DNA of 64,000 nt from contig NC_045696.1 of the NCBI RefSeq assembly GCF_009834535.1, forward strand, positions 10,294,001 through 10,358,000. Direction: 5' to 3'. The notes under the pieces are model-generated. The model saw nothing but the letters and a program-made list of their open reading frames with translations. It was not told the origin of the DNA and did not search any database. A program made the position numbers and the translations under genes. The stretch's first letter is position 1; each line of letters opens with the position of its first letter. This stretch comes from Camelus ferus (Eukaryota). This document shows positions 36,319 through 49,839 of the stretch, in pieces.

Positions 36319-37129
36319 GAGGGATTCAAGCCTCCGATTGGAATGAATGTATAATCAGCGTTTTGCCTCTCAATGACATTAATTTCTCTTTTCAGAGTGT
36401 CCCACCTCTTCTCTCAAATCTTCACTTACCTGTACTATAAATTCCTTTCTTAGCAAGTCCCAAGACTTACTCCCAGGCTTATCACACCTCTTTTCCATCA
36501 TCTTCAGTCACTTGTCATCTTTCAAGCATAGGTTTCAGACGTAGAGCAAACGTTAGACGTTTTTACCGGAATAGTGTTGCAAGCGTCTTCGTTCTTAAGA
36601 TGAAAACCAAAAGTTGACTTGAATGTTGATGCGGCAGGAAAAGCTGGTTTGATAATAGGTGGGGGGAGGATGTAGCGTTCCTCTTCTGGAGACACGCCCT
36701 CCCCTCCTCGCCCGGCCCGGTCCTCCTCTGCCCGCTAGGATTACCGCAGCCTAACTGTCTAGTCATTTCTGAATTCACTTCTGGAGCCCAAGGTAAAACA
36801 CTTATGTTATTATTTTATCCTTATCTACTCCTTCTAAATGATTACAGTAATATGTTCAGGTTGTAAACATTTTAAAAATATTAAAAATGAATATCAAGTA
36901 AAAAGTTAAAACAGCACAGAAGTATATCGAGTAAAAAGTTAGAATTCCTTGTTTCTTCACTTTGCATCCTTTACATCCTCAATTCCAGTCCCAAGGAGGG
37001 GATGATACCCATAATACTGTTGGGCAGCTGACTTAACATAAGGATACATTTCCTTATCAGTACATGCCAACGACCTACCTCATTTTTAAAATGCTGCATA
37101 GTATGCCACAATTTGGGTGTACTCTAACT

Positions 37130-37251
37130 TTTTTTAAACTTAAAAAAAATTTTTAATTTTGTCCCCGCCCGCCAACAAAGGCACTGGGGATTGAACCCAG
37201 GACCTTGTGCACTCCAAGCACATGCTGTACTACTGAGCTGTCCCCCCACCC
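37130..37251 (-). mobile_element. tRNA-derived SINE, more diverged copy
   Basis: ctggggattgaacccaggaccttgtgc..ctactgagctgtccccc; flanks tgtactctaacttt / tgtactgtaatttt. Confidence 0.85.
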
Positions 37252-37380
37252 GATGTACTGTAATTTTATCACTCCCATAATAATGGATGTTTTGGTTGTT
37301 TATGGATTTTAGTAATTAAAAGCCTTGCTGCATGAAAATGGCATTTTGGGATTACGGGATAAGTTTCAGGTAGATAGTTT

Positions 37381-37514
37381 TTTTTGTTTTTGTTTTTGTT
37401 TTTGTTTTTGAGGAGGAGGTATTTAGCTTTATTTACTTATTTATATTTAGAGGAGGTACTGGGGATTGAACCCAGGACTTTGTGCGCTCTACCACTTGAG
37501 CTATACCCTCCCCC
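37381..37514 (-). mobile_element. tRNA-derived SINE (Vic-1-like) with internal deletion
   Basis: Perfect 15-bp TSD TCAGGTAGATAGTTT at 37366-37380 and 37515-37529. Confidence 0.93.
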
Positions 37515-38067
37515 TCAGGTAGATAGTTTAAACAGATTATTGTATTTTAGAGTATAATTTTAGTTCTTGTCTCACTATGAATCTTCTTATAACTTAGAGG
37601 ATTTTTTAATTTAAAGGCAGTAGCTAATTAGTTTGATTCAAATGCATTTCTTAGAATCTGTGGATCTTTTTATATTTAGAGACTGGATCAAGAAAATTTT
37701 GAAGACCAGGTTAAACAATGATGAATTTATTAACCTTGCTGTCATTTAGTGGTGTGGACTTTAGTTATATTGACTCATTTGATTGGCTTGGCAGGAATGA
37801 ATAGGAGGGCCTTCAGGAAGAGAGGATATGAAGGGACATATGTTGTGTAATACCCTCCTGTGGTAATCCCCTTGAATATCCAACAATAACAGAAATTCTT
37901 GTTCTCTTTTTAAATAAGTTTGTTTTGTTTTGAGTTGTACCTCAGGTACTGAAAAAACTGCAGAGCACATGTAAGTGTACAATTTAAATACTACTACTGC
38001 AGTGATCAGCATTGTATCTACAACCAAATTAAGAAACAAAACATTTACATCTTCCAGGGGTAGCCTC

Positions 38068-38488
38068 TGTTGTGATACACAGCGGGGTGGCCAGTTGGTG
38101 AGCCAGTGACACGCAGGTTGGTAAAAGAATTTACCAGCGATTAAGTATAAGAATAGAAAGGTGTTTATTGGGGTACTCTGTCATAGACAACAGTGGGCCA
38201 CACAGTTGTGGGGTGCCTTTGTGAGCACGAGGGAGGGCCGGTTGTTGGAGTCTTTTATAAGGTGGGCTTGTGTGCAAGTCTCTGATTGGTTGTAGGTGAG
38301 GTAAGAGGTTTAGGGTCATTGAAGTGTGGTGGCGTTTGACTCTGATAAGGTAGGCTGAAACAAGCCAGCCTGAGCGTTACCTAGGGCTATTACTTTGTTA
38401 GGGCAAACACACCTAGCAAAGAATGTCAGACATCTGAGAGCCCAGGAATGGGGTCGTTGGATTTTGAAGGAACTCAGTTGGCCCAACA
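38068..38488 (-). mobile_element. Solo LTR (ERVL/ERV3-like by 5-bp TSD), antisense in TMEM50B intron 1
   Basis: TGTTG...CAACA termini; TSD GCCTC at 38063-38067 and 38489-38493; on -: CCAAT 38289-38285, TATAAAA 38259-38253, AATAAA 38169-38164. Confidence 0.87.
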
Positions 38489-39713
38489 GCCTCTATCCTG
38501 ATCTTTTTGTTAAATCTCTTGCTTTTTAAAATAAGCTTTACACATAAATACATAACTATACACATATATATGTATTTACATGTATATAAATATTTACACA
38601 TATTTTAAATGATATATTTGGTTTGGAATAAATAGTGTTCAAAACAAAATTCTCATACAAACTATGGGCATTTTTCAAAGTTTTATTTAACTTATTGAGT
38701 ACCACAAAGAGCTGGTTTTAACAGGAATTAAGGAATGCATATTTATGTAGTCTATAGGGAAAGGAATGGCTCAATAAAATTACTGAGTTAGGTGTAATTG
38801 GTTAATGTTGCAAAGGGCAACAAAATCATAAGACCTTTGGGATTAATCTTTTCTACCAGGCTATAAAATCATAACACCTTATTAATTTCTGCAGTTAAAT
38901 TCATACCTTGCAGAACCATAAACCGTGTCTTTATTAACAGTGGAGTTTTCATTAAGTAAACTGTGATAACAAAGTTATTTCCCCCCAGAGCACAGATCAG
39001 GTCCAGACAGGCTTATTAGAAGATGCTAGAGTTTTCTCAACTTAATATTAACATTTTGCTTCATAATTATAAGCACATACCTGATAGCAAAGGACAATAT
39101 TGTCATTAGATGAAAGCTTCCAGGAAAAGATGAGCAGAACAGACTGACTTCAGTTTCCCTGTGTTTACAGGGGTCCTTTCTGAGGAAGTTAGTGGGCAGT
39201 GTTATGAGTGAGTCTTGGGCAATGGGGTTCCCTACAGTGAGGGCACCTGGAGGGCTCTAGTGTGGACCAAGTTCTGAAAGGACAGCAGAAATACTCTCAG
39301 AGGGAGTGGACTGTTGCTCTGTGCTTTCTGTTTCTTAGCTGCTCCCAGTGGCCTGCCTGCAGCTATCAGAGTAGGTCAAAGCAGAACCCTCTGGGAGGGA
39401 AGTGAATATCCTTTGCTGATGCAGCCTGCAGGGCTTGGAAGGAGAACTGGAACTGCATCAGCATATGCTCAAGCTCAAGCCAAGCCCAGCTGAGTACAGA
39501 TAGGAATCTGGGCCAAATTCGTGGGGCATTCAGTCCTCAGGTTAAAAAGCTGGCAGAGCACTGGGACATGTTACACTGCTTCAGTCCGGCTTGGTTGCCC
39601 TCCTTGTCTGGGGCACAGCTGGTTCTCTTTTGCCTTCCTGTGTGGATATCTTCCCTGTATTCTCTTTTACTGATTTATTCCTTTGGGTGACCCTCAAACT
39701 CCAGTAGTTTCTT

Positions 39714-40046
39714 TCTTTCTTTTTTAAAAAATTTTATTTATTTATTTATTTATTCATTCATTCATTCATTTTGGGGTGGGGGTGGTGACTAGGTTTGTTT
39801 GTTTATTTATTTAAATGGAGGTACTGGGGACTGAACCCAGGACCTCATGCATGCTAGGCATGCATTCTACCATTGAGCTATACTCTCCCCCTTATTTTTT
39901 TACTATTTTGTCTTGGTTTTTTGGGGGGTGGGGAGGGTAATTAGGCTTATGTGTTTATTTTTTTAAATGGGAATTGAACTGGGAATTGAACCCAGGACCT
40001 CATGCATGCTAACCATGCACTCTAACACTTAGCTATAACCTGCCCC
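39714..40046 (-). mobile_element. Two tandem tRNA-derived SINEs
   Basis: Heads end at ~39891 and ~40046; outer repeat CAGTAG(T/C)TTCTT at 39702-39713 and 40049-40060. Confidence 0.9.
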
Positions 40047-40060
40047 ATCAGTAGCTTCTT

Positions 40061-41280
40061 GACAAGAAGTGTTAAGTTTTTTGGAGACCTTGCCTGTCTG
40101 AATATGTTTTGATTCTGTCCTGATACTTGACTGATATTTTGGCTGGTAATTAAGATTTTACTTAGAAATAATTTTTTTTTCAGAATTTGGAAGTTGTTAC
40201 TCCATTGTCATCTTGCTTCTGGTATTGCTGCTGAGAATTCCATACTATTATGATTCCTGATCTTTTGTATGTGGTCTATTTTTTTTTCTTTCTGCAAAGT
40301 TATAGAATCTATGCTTTGATTCCAGTGATTTGAAATTTAAAATGGTCTGTTTTAGTGTGGGTCTATTTTCATCCATTAGGTTGAGTATTTGATGGGCCCT
40401 TTAAATATGGAAATACAGTACTTTCTATTCTGGAGAAATTTTCTTGAATGTTTTATTATTTTTCTCCCTCTTATTTTCTCTGTAGTCTCTCCTAAAACAC
40501 CTGTTATTTAGATGTGAACCTTTTAAAAGTCTTCTAATTTTCTTATCTGTTTTCTATATTACTTATTCCTAGATTTTCTTAACTTTTATTGCCAACCTTT
40601 CTACCTGGATTTTTTAAAAAATTGCCCAATCATGTTTTTTATTTTCAAAGGCTGTTTTTTAGTCTCTGAATGTTTCTTATGATAGCTTCCTAGTCTTGTT
40701 TTAAAATGCAATATGTTCTCTTATCTGTGACATTATAATGATTTTGTTTAAAGTTTTCTTTCACTGCGTAGTTTTCCAGATTCCTGTCTGGAGGGAAAGG
40801 GTTTGGTTGCCGGTCTCCTGCACCAGAACAGAGGGACAGCAGTCCTTTATGTCTAGTTTTCAGTATAATACCTACATCTTCCATTGTGCCTGGATCCCCC
40901 AGTCCAGAACACAAGAAATAGGGGGTAAACCTCAGACTTCTGCCAGGATATGGAAGGAGCAGTTGCCAGTACTGTGAAGAGGAAAGGGAAGGTTGTGGGA
41001 TCTGACTTTTCTTCCTGCTTCCACCAAGTTTTTACTGGATTGGTTCTTAGCTTTCCCTGCTGCTGGCTTGGAAATTCAGTTTTCTTGGATGTGCTAAGTC
41101 AGGTACCATTGTCCATCTGCTTTCTAGCTTTCAAAATTTTATTGCTATGGTCTCCTCTTCTGTTCTTGCTATCTTTGGGAGTTTATGACTTTTTAAAAAC
41201 TTTTATTGCAGTTTTAGTGAAGTTTCAGGAGGGAGCAAAATGAGATGCTTATGTACATCTGCCATCTTCACCCAGAAGTA
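40061..41280 (-). mobile_element. Ancient HAL1/L1ME-like 5' region
   Basis: T-rich ORF1-antisense-like sequence; ends in ctgccatcttcacccagaagt, the reverse complement of an acttc..aagatggc L1/HAL1-type 5' start. Confidence 0.6.
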
Positions 41281-43289
41281 GTAATAGTTTTTCTCAATTA
41301 AACAGTAATGGCAGTACTGCCAGGAACACAGTGCCATCTACAAAGCAGTGGTATGTATGTGAACCATCTTCTTGGTAGCTGGTGGTTGACAGCATTGAGT
41401 GATCACATGTGCTGGACACTGCTTTTCTTATTAATTCTCACTGAGGGACGTGCTGTCGTACCCCCAGTTTACGTACCAGAAGACAATAGCCTGGGGAGGT
41501 TTAAAGCTTGAACAGTGCCTATCAGTCAGCGACTATTCTGTTAAAAATGGAATGGATAAACGAGCCTGGCCAAGTAGTCACAGCTGGGAGGAAGCTGAAT
41601 GTAGGAGTGGGCCAGGCCAGTGCTAACTCAGCCTAGTCTTTCAGCTACCTGTGTGTGGTGGCTAATGCTGAAAAAGGGTAATTGTTACTTCAAGGTGTCC
41701 ATTTCCTTTGAGCCTTTAGAAATGTCCTTACTGTAGGCCTTTGCCTTCCCTCTACTGCTTGCCAGGTGGGTTCCCTTTCAGCTGTGTGGGTTCAGAGCTG
41801 TGACCCTGAAGCCAGTTTCTCTGAACTGGGGAGTAGGGCATTTACTGAGCAATCCCAGACGATGCAGAGATTCCCTAAGCAGGGCTCCTGCGGGGAACCC
41901 TAGGTAGAAATGACCTCAGAGAGTGAGTGGAATTTTGCCGGGGCTGGATGAGCTCTGGGATTGTTTAGCAGGCATCTGCATTTAGGTGGCAATTCATGAT
42001 TGTATGCCTTTCTATGTTTTCAACTTTTTTTACAAAAAAATTTTAAGCATACAGAAAAATTGAACAGTAGATTCAACATTTTAATATTTTGCCATATTTG
42101 TTTTATTCTTTTTTTTTCTTTGTTTAACCATTTGACAGTGTGTTGGTGACATTGACGCCTAACCCCTAAATATGGAAGCATGCTTCTTCTAATAAGGTTA
42201 TTTTCTTTACATAACCACTATTGTATCATTATCACATCTAGGAAAATAATGTAATCTTCTCTGTCTGACCTGTATTCCAGTTCCCCCAAATGGCCCAGAC
42301 TACCTTAAAATTTTTTTTTGGAACCAGGATCAATAAAGGCTTACACATTTCACTTGGTTTGTTAATTATATGTTTTGACATAAATGGAATTAATGATGAA
42401 ATATTTTGAAGTTTCTAGCTCAGATTGTTCTTGGAGACTGCTTCATTACTGGAAAGATGGCGTTTCACAAATCTCAGCAATGGAAGGGACCCTTGAAATA
42501 ATCTGGTTCAGTGATTTCCAAACTTGACTGATGTGTGTCCTGAAGGTTGAGTTGGGAGTTCGTGTGTAGACAAAGGGGTGAAAGGAGCATTCCAAGGAGA
42601 TACAGATATATATATATTTTTATATATATATATAAATATATGTGGGTATATGTATGTGGCAGTTTGCATAACAGTAGATATAAGTATTGGCTACCTTGTC
42701 CCTTTTATTTCTTTGTGGCTGGAGTATACAGTGTGTCAGGATATTAGGAAGTAAGAAAGCTATATTAGGGGAAAACTAAGTACCCTGTATCTTTTGGACT
42801 ATATCTCATAGGCTGTTGGAATTTTGAATGAATGGAATGATCCAATCTGAGTTTTAGAAAATTCTAGCAGACTATGGAGTTGGGAAAGCAAGGAGGATGA
42901 TTTTAAGGAATAATATGTTTGAATATATTGTCACAAGATTTATTTCCCTCACTGAAATGATACTTCATATTACCAGCATCCACAAATTATCGGTTTAAAT
43001 AAACCTACCTATAAAGTAGGCTCTATGTGTGTGTGTGTGAGACAGGGTAATGAGACATGTATTACATTTGAGAATTTGAAAGACAAAATAGTTAGATTCA
43101 GTCACTCAAAAGGTATTTGGGTGCCTTCTGTGTGCCAGGCACTGTGCTAGGCTCTGGGAAGACTAGTCAGCAGAAATGGACTTGAACTGTCCTTTATGGA
43201 GCTTACTCTCCGCAGGGGGAGAGGTATTAAGCAGATAATAAAATTAATAATGAAATGCTAAGGGGTTTAGATCTAGTCATGGAAATCAG

Positions 43290-44310
43290 CATCATCTTTC
43301 ACTTGGATTATTTCAGCAACTTTTTAACTGGCCTCTCTCCTTCCGCTCAGCCCTGCAGTCTGTTTTCCGCACAGTAGCCGAAAGGATCCTCTTAAACATT
43401 AAGTCACTCTGCTCAGACTCTTAGGCCTCCCTATTTTAATCAGTAAAAACTAAGGTTCTTACAGTAGCTCATGAGGCTCTGTAATTATTCTTCCTTGCCC
43501 CTGTCCCCTCTCTGACCTTGTTTTCTCCTACTTTTCCCTCTCACCCACTCCACTACAGCCCCCCTGGCTTCCATGTTGCTCCTTGAATACCTGGTGCTGC
43601 CCTGGGGCCTTTGCCCTGCTGTTCTCTCTGGCAGATGCCCAGGGGCTCTCTCCCCACCTTCAAGTCTTTGCTGGTGTCATCTTCTCAAGGGGGCCTACCC
43701 TGACATTTCAGCTGTCCCTGCTATCACCTGTACTTCCAGTGCCCCTTACTCTGCTTTGTTTTTCCCCTATGGCATTTATCACTGACATGGTATATTACTA
43801 ACTAACTAACTAACTTACTTACTTCCTCCCTCCCTCTTCTCTTTCCTTTTCTTTTCTTTTCTTTTCTTTTCTTTTCTTTTCTTTTCTTTTCCTTCCTTCC
43901 TTCCTTCCTTTCTCTTCCTTCCTTCCTTCCTTTCTTCCTTTCTTCTTCCTTTCTTTCTTCCTTTCTTTCTTTCTTTCTTTCTTTCTTTCCTTTCCTTTCC
44001 TTTCCTTTTCTTTTCTTTCTTTCTTCTCTTTTCTTCTCTTTTCTTTTCTTCTCTTTTCTTCTCTTTTCTTTTCTTCTCTTTTCTTTTCTTTTCTTTTCTT
44101 TTCTTTTCTTTTCTTTTCTTTTCTTTTCTTTCTTTCTTTTCTTTCTTTCCCTTCTTAACTTATTTTAAAAATTATGTTTATTCTGCCTCCCCACATCCCC
44201 CAAAGCTTCACATGACCAGTGCCTTTGATGTGTTCATTGTTGTATCTTAAGTGTCCACAGCAGTCCCTGGCATGTAGCAGGCACTCTGTAAATAAATGTT
44301 GAATGAACAA
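43290..44310. mobile_element. L2 remnant enclosing a polypyrimidine microsatellite
   Basis: ggcctctctccttcc..cagtctgtt..cacagtagcc..gatcctcttaaa; gggcctttgccctgctgtt; terminal ctggcatgtagcaggcactc..aaatgttgaatgaa. Confidence 0.7.
43797..44155 (+). repeat. Compound (ACTA)n/(ACTT)n/(TTTTC)n/(TTCC)n/(TTTC)n repeat with ~330 nt of pure pyrimidine
   Basis: Directly visible. Confidence 0.97.
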
Positions 44311-46008
44311 AGGGAAAGCTGATGTTTTAGTTGAAAAGTGACAACTAAGCAGACATCTGGCAGTATGAGCAGGAGTTAACTAGGTGAGCTGGGGATGGAA
44401 GTTATCAGATGGAGGGGGTGTGGTTTTAGATGGGGTGATTTAGCAAACATAAGGCACTAAAAGAGAAACCAGAATCACTGGAGAAAGAGGAGAAAATGTT
44501 TTAAGAGCAGGCTGGGGCAAGTAAGGACGAGGCCATATTACAGTTTTATCTTTATCTTAAAGATAGTAATTGGGAAGGCAATGAAAGATTTTAAGCAGAA
44601 GGGAGATACCAGCTTTGTGCCCTTTAAAAAAAAATAATTCCAGCTGCAGTGTGGAGAACATTTTGATGGGGGCAGGAGTGGATGTGGCTAGGTCAGCTGG
44701 GAGGCTATTGTGATGGGACAGGTGAGAGAGCAGTACTCAGGTGATGGTGGTGGAGGGGTTAGGTAGAGAAGTTAGACGAGAGATATTTAGGAGGCATAAT
44801 CAGGTGATGGATAGGATGTGAGAGGTCAGAAAGAAGTAACAAGGATGACACCTGCATTTCTGGCTTGTATAACTGGATGAATGAGGATTCATTAATTGTA
44901 GGGAAACCTGGAATAGCATCAGATTTGCAGGAGATCATGAATTCGGATTTGGACATGTTGATTTTGACATCTGAGGATGTCAAGCAAGTAGTTGGATGTA
45001 TGGCTCTGAAACTGGATATTTAAATCTGCAAATCAACTGCATAGGGAGGTAGCAGAGGGGAGGATTCACATTTTGAATAATTAAAAGTTGTTAAGGATAT
45101 TACTGGGGCAAGTTATATAGTTGTAAAATTAAAGTGTCTTTAAAAATCTGTGTTCCTTATCCTTTACTTTGGTTTTTAGATTTAAATCTTATACCAAAAT
45201 TCATGGTACTTAATATTAAATTTTATCCTTGTTATATATGATTTACAAGTCAGAAAGTAAATAATAAGCATCCTGAGATTAAGTATGTAAAATGTCTTTT
45301 CCAAAAGTACTTAGCTCTCTGAATAATTCATGGTGTTGGATTTTAGGGCCTATTAAATATTCACACTGTGAGTGCCTAGAAACCAGGTTTATAGCAACCC
45401 AAGAAGAAAAACAATATTCTCCAGACTCCTTTGGCAAGATACGAATCAACAGTAATCACCGCCGTCATTGTGGACCTCATTGGACTGCTTTCTTCTTCCA
45501 GATGATCACACTGTTCCTCTAAACTGGGACTGTTTCTCTTCCATCTTGTTCTTCTTGCTCTCTTCACCATGGCAGTGGGATAGTAAGTTTCTCCTCAAGA
45601 AACTGAAAATGAGAGAAATACTGTGAAACTGGTCCAATGACAGCAGTACAGTGTAATGGTCTTGAGCACAGATTTTGCAATCAGATCTGAACTTCAGTGG
45701 AATCCTGTCTTTCCTCCTTGCTGGCGGTGTGACCTTGGGCAAGTTGTTCTCTAAATCTTTTTAGTAATACAAGGTAATGATAGTAATTGCCTTAGAATAT
45801 TTGTGAGTATTCAAAGGAATAGTTTTTTTGAGGATGGAATGGAGTTGTTTGTAACCTATAAGCACCTGTAACTAATAGTAGTACTAGTAATAATGGGGAG
45901 GGTATAGATTTTATTTTTGTTTCATTTGAGCCAATTTGTTTTGCTCTGGCTATGTAGACATAGTATCTTGAATGACATTTAAATTTTGTTAATGTCCTGA
46001 TTTTTTTT

Positions 46009-46085
46009 ATCTTTAAATGGAGGTACTGGGGATTGAACCTAGGACCTCGTGCATGCTAAGCATGAGTTCCCCACCGACCCCAATC
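46009..46085 (-). mobile_element. 5'-truncated tRNA-derived SINE
   Basis: B-box half only (ggaggtactggggattgaacctaggacctcgtgcatgctaagcatg); flanking repeat TCCTGATTTTTTTT at 45995 and 46086. Confidence 0.85.
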
Positions 46086-46878
46086 TCCTGATTTTTTTTT
46101 TGTAACAGATTTTTTTAATGATACAAATTGTAATTTAATTTTAATTAAGTGTTGAATGATTTCTCTGCCAGTTTGTAAATCCTTTAATGATGAGGGCAAA
46201 GTTTTATTCAGTCTTTATTTTGCCCATGGTGCCTTGCTTGTAGAAGATGTTCTGTAGATATTCCATACATGCTCTGGAGGAGTGTTTTGCTAATTAAATA
46301 CCATTATATATGCAAGTCTGCTATTATGCTTGACACACAGTAAGTCAAGGAAGAAAGGAAGTGAGTCAGAGATGAACTCTGAATCAGTCCTCAGCCCTCT
46401 TTCATATTTTCTCCCTGAGCTGCCCCCTGACTTCAGTTACCACTGTGAACTTCTAATCTGTATTTCTGTCTTAAACCACTTTTTCAGTGGTTTCTGTACA
46501 TCTGTCTTATGTACATTTCCACCTGCATGTCCTTTGGTCATATCAAATACATTATGCTCATGCTCTTCTCTCTCATTCTCCCTTCCCTGTTTTGGTTAGT
46601 GGTGTTTCGCCAGCCGTTGGGCACCCAAACATCATCATTCTTAGCTCTTCCCTGCTTGCTAAAAGCTACCACTTTAATATTTTTCAAACTAAAATCTTTT
46701 CTTTAGCCTGTGTCAGTATGGCCTCAGTTTATATTCTTATTCTCTTCCTGTCTAGAGATGCCTTTCACATTTTTTTTCAGTCCCTCCACACTGCTGTCAC
46801 CAGGATTTCCTTTCTAAATCATGGAGCTGATCTTGTCACTTCTCTGCTTGCAAGCCTCTGGTGGTTTCTTACTTAGAG

Positions 46879-47102
46879 CAGGGACTTGTAAACTATGATC
46901 TGTGGGCCAAGTCTGGCCTGCCACCTATTTTGTAAATTAAATTTTATTGGAATACAGCCATGCTCATTTGTTCATATATTGTCTATGGTGGCTTTTATGC
47001 TATGCGGGCATATGAGGGTTGAATGGTTGACACAGATTGTTTGGCCTGCAAAACCAAAAATATATACTATCTGCTTCTTTACAGAAGATTGCTAATCCCT
47101 GG
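46879..47102. mobile_element. MER58-like hAT-Charlie MITE
   Basis: caggg..aaactatg..ctgtgggccaagtctggcctgccacct..ttttattggaatacagccatgctcattt..ggcctgcaaaaccaaaaatat..ccctg. Confidence 0.8.
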
Positions 47103-49227
47103 CTTAGAGGATAGGGTTAGATTTGAGTAGGCTGAAGAATCCTTCATGATCTTGTTCCAAACAGGTTAATCTCTATCACTCTTTGAAATTCGTTAAGCTC
47201 TACCCTGTTCTGTTGTGGGCCTATGTAATTCTGCGTATTTTATTCCTTCGTTTTCATCTGTTAGACTCCTATTCATGCTTCAAAACACCAAATCCTTGAT
47301 CAGACTTTCCCCAGCTATTCCCAGCAAGTAGTGTTCTATAACACTCTTTTTGTATTTCTGTTAAAGCACTTTTGTATTATAGTCCCAAGTGTATGTGTAT
47401 TATAGCACATTTTGTAATGCAATTATCTGTTGTTCTGACAATGTCCCTCACTAGACTGTTCCCTACATTGGTTGTCTTAATCATTTTGTATACTCAGTGC
47501 CTAACACTAGTAGCGTTTAACAACTAGTGAAAGGATAGATGAACAAATAGCTGGTATGAAGGTTTGATTAAAGGAAAAAATTTTGAATTAGCTGTATTAT
47601 TTGGAACTTTGATGTATATGGAAATTGCTTAGACTATGTTTGTATGTTAAAGTGTGTAGTTTTCTCCTCTTGCTTTTTGCAGTTGTCCTTTGGTTTCTTA
47701 AACTGCTTGGAAATGAAAATTTCATAGTTGAATCACTTAAAATGCCCTCTAAAAAGAATTCATTTCCTTTTAAAAAGAGTTGCCTCTCTTAGTAGGAATA
47801 ATTGCTATCTAATGTATTATAAGACTTGTGAGTCCATTAGTTCAGTTCAGTAATCTTGTTTGTTTGTTTTTTTTAAATTGGTACTGGGGTCAGTTTTGTG
47901 GGAGAGCATACCAGTAATTTCCTTGACCTCAAAAAAGTTTTTTTAAGTTTATTAAAAGTAGTTACAGATCTGTTACATTATATAAGAGATTTCTCAATAG
48001 GCACTAAATATCAACAATTCATTGTGTTAATTACAATAACTTTTTAAAACTTTGCATTTGAAAAAATGTAATTCATGCTCAGTGTGGCAAATTTTGAAAA
48101 TAGACAAAGTAAAACAAACATACATATATGTATAATAACATTATGAAAGTACTGGTATTTGTCCTTCCAATATTTTTACATATGTATGTGTTTTTTATGT
48201 ACATATGTATATATACACACACACACATATATACAGTGTTGATTCTTTTTTTTAAAGGAAATAATGCTATAGATACAGTTTTAATAACCTGCTTTTTTTC
48301 ATTTAGTATTAGTCATTACTATTTCTCATGCCATTAAATATTTTTCAAAAATAGATTTTTAAATGTGTGCATGAAGTAAACTGTTTAACTTAAACATTTA
48401 TTCTATTTTTTAACATTCAGATTTTCTCTAAGTAGTCTTTGCCTTCATTTAGTCTCCAAAGTCCTGTTATCTTATGTTAAATATTGTGTACTTGTTTCCA
48501 CTTTAATCCAGGGGATCAGTGTTTGTATTGTCGGTTTTCATTAAATCAAGACTGTGTCATGATAAAATATGCTTCTTTTTGGGAAAATATCAATAATAAA
48601 ACCCATATGAAAGTCAGTCTTCTCAGTTCAGAATGTTAGTTGTTAATATACTAGCTGTCACTTTCCTTGTAAATGTTTACCAGTAGTGGCTGTCTTGGTG
48701 CCTTTGCTCTTGTTATCCTAACCTTATTCTGTTTGTTTCCCATTACAAACTCAGTGAAACTCCAAATCCATTATGAAGTCCACATTAATCTGCAGTGTAA
48801 CCTGGCCCTTAACTGTCTCTCTTTATATTTATTGCAAGTCACTTCCTCCACTAACTTACTATATCCTGATTCTCTTTGGTACCAGCTCATTCTACCTTGC
48901 TAGTATCAAAGGGACTTGGCTTTGTATATAATCGTTCCTGTCCCTGCTCTACCTCTTTTGCTTCTCCTTAATATAATTAACTTCATTCAGATTTTAAATT
49001 TCACTGTGTTTAAAAATTTTAGCAAATGTTGCCTCTTCAGAGAGGCTTTCCCTGACCATTCTAAAATAGATGTCCCTTTTGTTTTTTATTAGGATCCCGT
49101 GCATTTTCTTTTCTTCATAGTAACAATTTGTATTACTTGTTTTGATGTTTCCCTTGACCCATCAGCTGAAGCCCAAGGAGGGAGAAGACCATGATATTCC
49201 AGAAGTCAGTATTTGGAAATAGCTGTA

Positions 49228-49552
49228 CATTCAGCCTTCGGTATCCTTGGGTTCTACATCCATGGATTCAGCCAACTTGGGATTGAAAATATTCAGGAAA
49301 AAAATATTCCAGAATGTTCCAAAAAGCAAAACTTGAATCTGCCAAGTCCTGGCAACTATTTACATAGCATTTACATTGTATTAGGTATTTTAAGTTCTAT
49401 ATCTAGAGATGATAATTGTGGTATATGGGAGGATGTGCATAGGTTATATGCAAATACTATGCCATTTTATATAAGGGACTTGAGGATCCACATGTTTTGG
49501 TATCCATTGGGGGTCCTGGAACCAATCCCCTGCAGATACTGAGGGACAACTG
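49228..49552. mobile_element. MER2-like TcMar-Tigger MITE
   Basis: TA-flanked; gggttctacatccatggattcagccaac...ggttatatgcaaatactatgccattttatataagggacttgag...gatactgagggacaactg. Confidence 0.85.
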
Positions 49553-49839
49553 TATATTTTCTGTTTATAGAACTGTTTATAAATAGAACTTTTTATAGAA
49601 TAGTTTATAGAACTGTTATAAAATAGATATTTTATAACAGGGAGTAAGATTTTTGTTTTAACCTTCAGACGTCTCAAATTCACAACCTTCCCTAAACTTG
49701 CTTTTAACCAGTTAATATTTAATCTTTGATAACGATTCATCTCCATATCTGCAGAAATATCTTGATAAAATGTGCCTATAGTACATACTGAGTAAGGCTT
49801 TAATGCAGCTAAAGCATATCTGAATGATGACATTTAAAA

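Noticed and set aside
38600..39620. Possible ERV-internal or LTR sequence
   Set aside because: Composition is suggestive, but I could not identify termini, a TSD or coding homology.
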